From contig JAUFOQ010000002.1 in NCBI GenBank assembly GCA_040285855.1, positions 868,001 to 932,000 of the forward strand: 64,000 nucleotides of DNA, given 5' to 3'. Below, one piece after another: positions 60,171 to 64,000 of the stretch. The translations under genes were made by a program, and so were the position numbers. The notes under the pieces were generated by a model. That model was not told the origin of the DNA, made no database searches, and was given only the letters and a program-made list of their open reading frames with translations. Numbering within the stretch: the first letter of the stretch is position 1; the number at the start of each line of letters is the position of its first letter. The stretch is from Eukaryota sp. GEM-RC1 (lineage: Eukaryota).

Positions 60171-61912
60171 GGTAAATTGACAAGTTACCAGACAACATTG
60201 GGTAAATTGACAAAACTTTTTGAGGAATTGTCGCACGACATTTTTTTTCTCGTGTCATAAAGATTGTCACTATATCATCAATTTTGAACGTCAATTACAA
60301 GTTTTTATTGATGCAGAATATCATCATATAACTACTGAGTTCTGGGTTGACGGCGTGGTGGCTCATCGTTCTCTACACAAGTTCTTCTGTTATGGCCCCG
60401 TTGTCCACACACAGTACACGTTACCCTTCTGTCGATATTCTGGATATCAGCTCGAACAACCTCGTTGGAAGTTTGGTTTCTTGAAGGATTTCGTGGTCTG
60501 CCTCTTTGAGGGATATCTTGTCTTCTCGGATTCTCAGGTCGTTGTTGCTCGGATAACAACTGTTTCAGTTTAGGGATCAATAAGCCCTTCTGGATGGAGG
60601 AAAGACTCTCAATGCTGTTCCAAAGAAACATCAGTTCAGAAGAGGTATCAAGAGGGGGATCTTGAGGAATTGGAGGATCTAACATAGCAATAGATGGCTC
60701 TGGGTTTAATTGCCATTGAGGATGGAAAGAGTTGACAGAAAGCTGCTCATCAGCAGCGACCGGCAGCAGTGACCGGCCCATTGGTGTAATCTACTTAGCC
60801 ACTGACTGTCAACATATTTTACAAGTGAATGTTCCTCACCTAGAGTGGATACAATTGTTTCCCAAGTTGCAAAAAAATCTTCTTCTGATGCTGCATAAGC
60901 CATCTGCTTAAAACAGTTGTTGAATGAGTCTAATTCTTGACTCAAACCAAAGCACTTCATCTCTTTGGTTTCATGATGTGCCATAAGCACAATAAATGAC
61001 TCGCATGTGGCACTAAAGATTGGATTGCATTACACAACGCCAAATCTCTGTCAGTAACCACAACAGACAATTCAGCCATAGATGCGAAAACATTTTGAAA
61101 TGCCTGTAATGCCCATCTGTAGTCATTTTCCGTTTCAGTGGCAAGAAAAGCAAATGCTAGAAACAGTGACTTATTCTGCATTGTTTTTGTGCCATATACA
61201 AGCAATGGCATTGAATGGATATTTGCATTGTACGTACAGTCCAAAGATAGCACGTATTTGTACCTATTACCTAGTTCAACAGCATCAATGTGTGTAAGAA
61301 ACAGATTTCTCACAGTGTTATCTTCATTGAAGCAGACATCGTACTTCCAATCTGCTCTAGTTTCAAGAGTTCTGAATAAACTGTCAATCTCGCGGAGACC
61401 ATCTGTCTGAATTTTTTTCCATCTCTTTTCCAATTGCTAAGTTCATCATACAAGAGAGGACACGCTGAGATATCGAGGGCATCAGGGGTTCGAGAGGGAT
61501 ACAGGACTCTAAGGGTTTTCAGGATATCACGTGAGGTTTGACCAGAAGCACAAAGACTGTGAATTTCTTGAGAATGATCAAGGCTCCACCAACGTCGGAA
61601 AGTAGCATGAGCGGCTAAGTTTTCAACAAAGGAGTGTTGAGAGTGGATCCCATCAGTGTCTACGTTGCGCCAAAAGCCATCCTTGAGGTGGATATAAATG
61701 CGAAACGTGCACCCTGTTTTCTTGGACTGGTTATGAGCAGCATATCCACGATTTTCCCTGTCACAAATGAGATAGCAGTAGGAATCACCAGAAGATCTAA
61801 GACTTAGAGCAAAACCTTGTTCAAAAGCCCATCGTCTGAGTGTTTGCTCTAGATCGTCTCGAGTGTCAAACTCGTAAAGAGGTGGCTTTGTAATTCGAGG
61901 ATCCTGTGACAT
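60171..61912 (-). mobile_element. MULE/Mutator (FAR1-like) transposase, internally deleted and frameshifted
   Basis: WAFEQGFAL...SKKTGCTF, LDCTY...MPL, AFAFL..E...Y.WAL, VTDRDLAL...LLCLWHI and C-terminal RGRP...CTVCGQRGHNRRTC. The catalytic-E/SWIM region is missing. GGTAAATTGACAA repeats at 60171 and 60201 mark the probable end. Confidence 0.88.
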
Positions 61913-61913
61913 A

Positions 61914-64000
61914 CACCGGCGGCAGTAATTAGTCTCACTGGAAAATTAGTCTCACTACAAAATTAGTCTCAGTGAGACTAATTATGTCCTGGACCTTTCA
62001 GAATCGCCCAAGTGAGACTAATTATGTCATGAATCCAACAACCTTAAAATTATCCATGTTTATCATTCTACAGTAGTATTTTATTTAACACCCATATTCA
62101 ATTACATGCAATTGTGTTCAGACAATGAATACATCTAATTTACTCTTCTTCACAATAAAAACCATCTTATCTGATATGAACAACCCTTTCTCATCATCTC
62201 CTCTTGAACGAGCATTTGCACGTGTTGAACGCTCAGTGCAAAACAATCAAGTCTTACCCCCAAACGCTTCTGATGCCAATAATCCCCCACTTGTACAAAT
62301 TGATGACGTACATCCCTCTCAAGAAATCGAAAACGCCTCGCAATCGAATGAGCCTGATAAATTACCAAAAACAGGAACTAAAAGAAGGGTTCAGCAAGTA
62401 TCCACTAAACAAGCACGCAAAACAGTTCTTCAATGGATGGAAAATTGGGTAGTGGAGCAAGACACTGATAAAGGCTTGATGGCTGCAGCTATCAAACAGT
62501 TTCCTGATCACTTCAGGGCGTCTCCAAACGCAAACATTAAAAAAAGCGTCTAACTGGTGGAAAGAACGTCATTCCTTCTACAGAAGCTTAGAAACCGAAA
62601 AGCTTTCACTGCAAAGAGTGCAAAACAGCACCGTAAAGAAAGTTTTGTTGAAGGCGAACAGCGGACGTGGAAGAAAAAGAGCAGCGTGGGTTGATTGGCT
62701 CCACAAAGAACTGCTACGAGAGTTTGAGTTCATGAAGAAGGCCGGTTGTAAGATGGATACAAGTATATTAGAAGATGTGGCGAAATATGTCCTAAGATCA
62801 AGAAATCATGCCATCTTCCAGCCAGACTGGATTGATCCTGACAACAAGTCAGACAAGACTCTTATTGACCGTATTCAAGCGAAATGGATTCATCAGTTCA
62901 TGGTTCGTTTCAACATTGTTCCTAGAACACAGACGGGAAAACTGTCTGTTGGTGCAGTGAAACAGGAAGAAATTGAAAGGGCTGTTGCCTTTCATTTAGG
63001 AAATGTATCGAGAATGTTTGCTCAAGGATTAGATGACCGTCAAATTTGCAATTTTGATGAAACCCATTTTCGAATTAATATGGACAACAAAAAAACCTTG
63101 GGTTTTATTGGTGATGAAGAAGTGCGATATACTGATGTTGTTAGTGGCTCTCAAGGAATGACGTTAGTAGTCAAGTTGACTGGTGGCCCAAACGCTCGTA
63201 TTGATGTTCCTTTTATTATTTTTCAGAATCAGGCTGAAAGTCACCCGATCAAAAACATTGGTGATAAAGATCCTGGAGTGGCATATCGAACAGCCAAGAA
63301 GGGTTTTATGACTTCAACAAAGTTTGCAGAGTATTTTGAGGAACGAAGAGTGAACAAACGACTCACTAACAACAAGCAGCAAATATTGTTTTGTGACAAC
63401 GTCCCCACTCACAAACTGACTCCAAGAGTGAAGAATGCATTGACCCGCTTGAATGCTGTTGTAAGCTTCCTTCCGCCAAATGCAACCCACCTTGTACAGC
63501 CATGTGATACTTTCATCATTGCTATGATTAAAAAAGCATGGTCTCAATCTTGGGATAGGAAAAAACTGGAAATGACACAACTCGGTGATTTCAGCAACTC
63601 TGGTAAGCTTCCAAATCCAGGTAAAAAGTATTTCTTACAGCTTGCGAAACAAGTTGTTCAAGATATCAATCGAAAGAGAAATGAGAACGGGGATTCATTT
63701 GCTAGAGTGGCCATGATGAGATGTGGATTAGGATTGGATGACGAGGGACAATGGAATATCAAGCATTTGAGTCCCGAACTTCAAGCTATCGTGGCAAGAT
63801 ACAGAACTAACTTCGATGGCGAAAGACCGGATAACTACGAAGATGATTATTGGAATGAAATCAGTGATGTGAAAGACGATGGCGACTTTCAAGCTCCTGA
63901 GGATGAATCAGAAGAAGACCATGAAGAAGAAGAAGTGGTCAATGTTCCAGAAGAAGAGATCATTGATTTAATGAGTGACAATGATGATTGCTATACATTA
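61914..64000 (+). mobile_element. Pogo/Tigger-like DDE transposon; transposase from 62125 runs off the window
   Basis: TA|CACCG end with AATTAGTCTCA repeats. After one extra A at ~62545 the frame reads NFDETHF...GFMTS...LFCDNVPTH...FLPPNATHLVQPCD. Confidence 0.9.

Noticed and set aside
1..64000. tRNA, rRNA or CRISPR loci
   Set aside because: None recognised by eye; a covariance-model scan would be needed to exclude them.

Overview
Gene-dense, AT-rich eukaryotic (protist-like) DNA with very short introns. Positions ~4-34 kb are mostly housekeeping genes: Fun30/SMARCAD1-like SNF2, importin-11-like, CUE-CAP, DUF302, a PSTAIRE CDK, MalY/PatB, TatD, eIF1-like and ATAD2/Yta7. Positions ~34-64 kb are a transposon-rich zone with nested hAT elements carrying 8-bp TSDs, RLE non-LTR retrotransposon relics, MULE, pogo, an IS630/Tc1-like relic, a BspA-like LRR gene and a Ulp1-like + PIF1 module. 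The main finding is two diverged copies of a Fanzor1 (eukaryotic TnpB-like RNA-guided nuclease) element, at 1-3983 (+) and 48715-55278 (-). Each has an intact RuvC D-E-D triad and a conserved, covarying 3' omegaRNA-like scaffold. Bridging single-base homopolymer indels, the complete copy reads as one ~2,100-codon polyprotein: tandem-repeat leader, 2A/StopGo motif (DIESNPGP), two SENP8/Ulp1-like protease domains, a degenerate PolB 3'-5' exonuclease-like domain, the Fanzor core and a zinc knuckle. Many ORFs, including core genes, are broken by 1-nt indels in homopolymers. These look like long-read consensus errors, so all ORF joins are inferences. Domain calls come from motif recognition by eye; no database searches were run.
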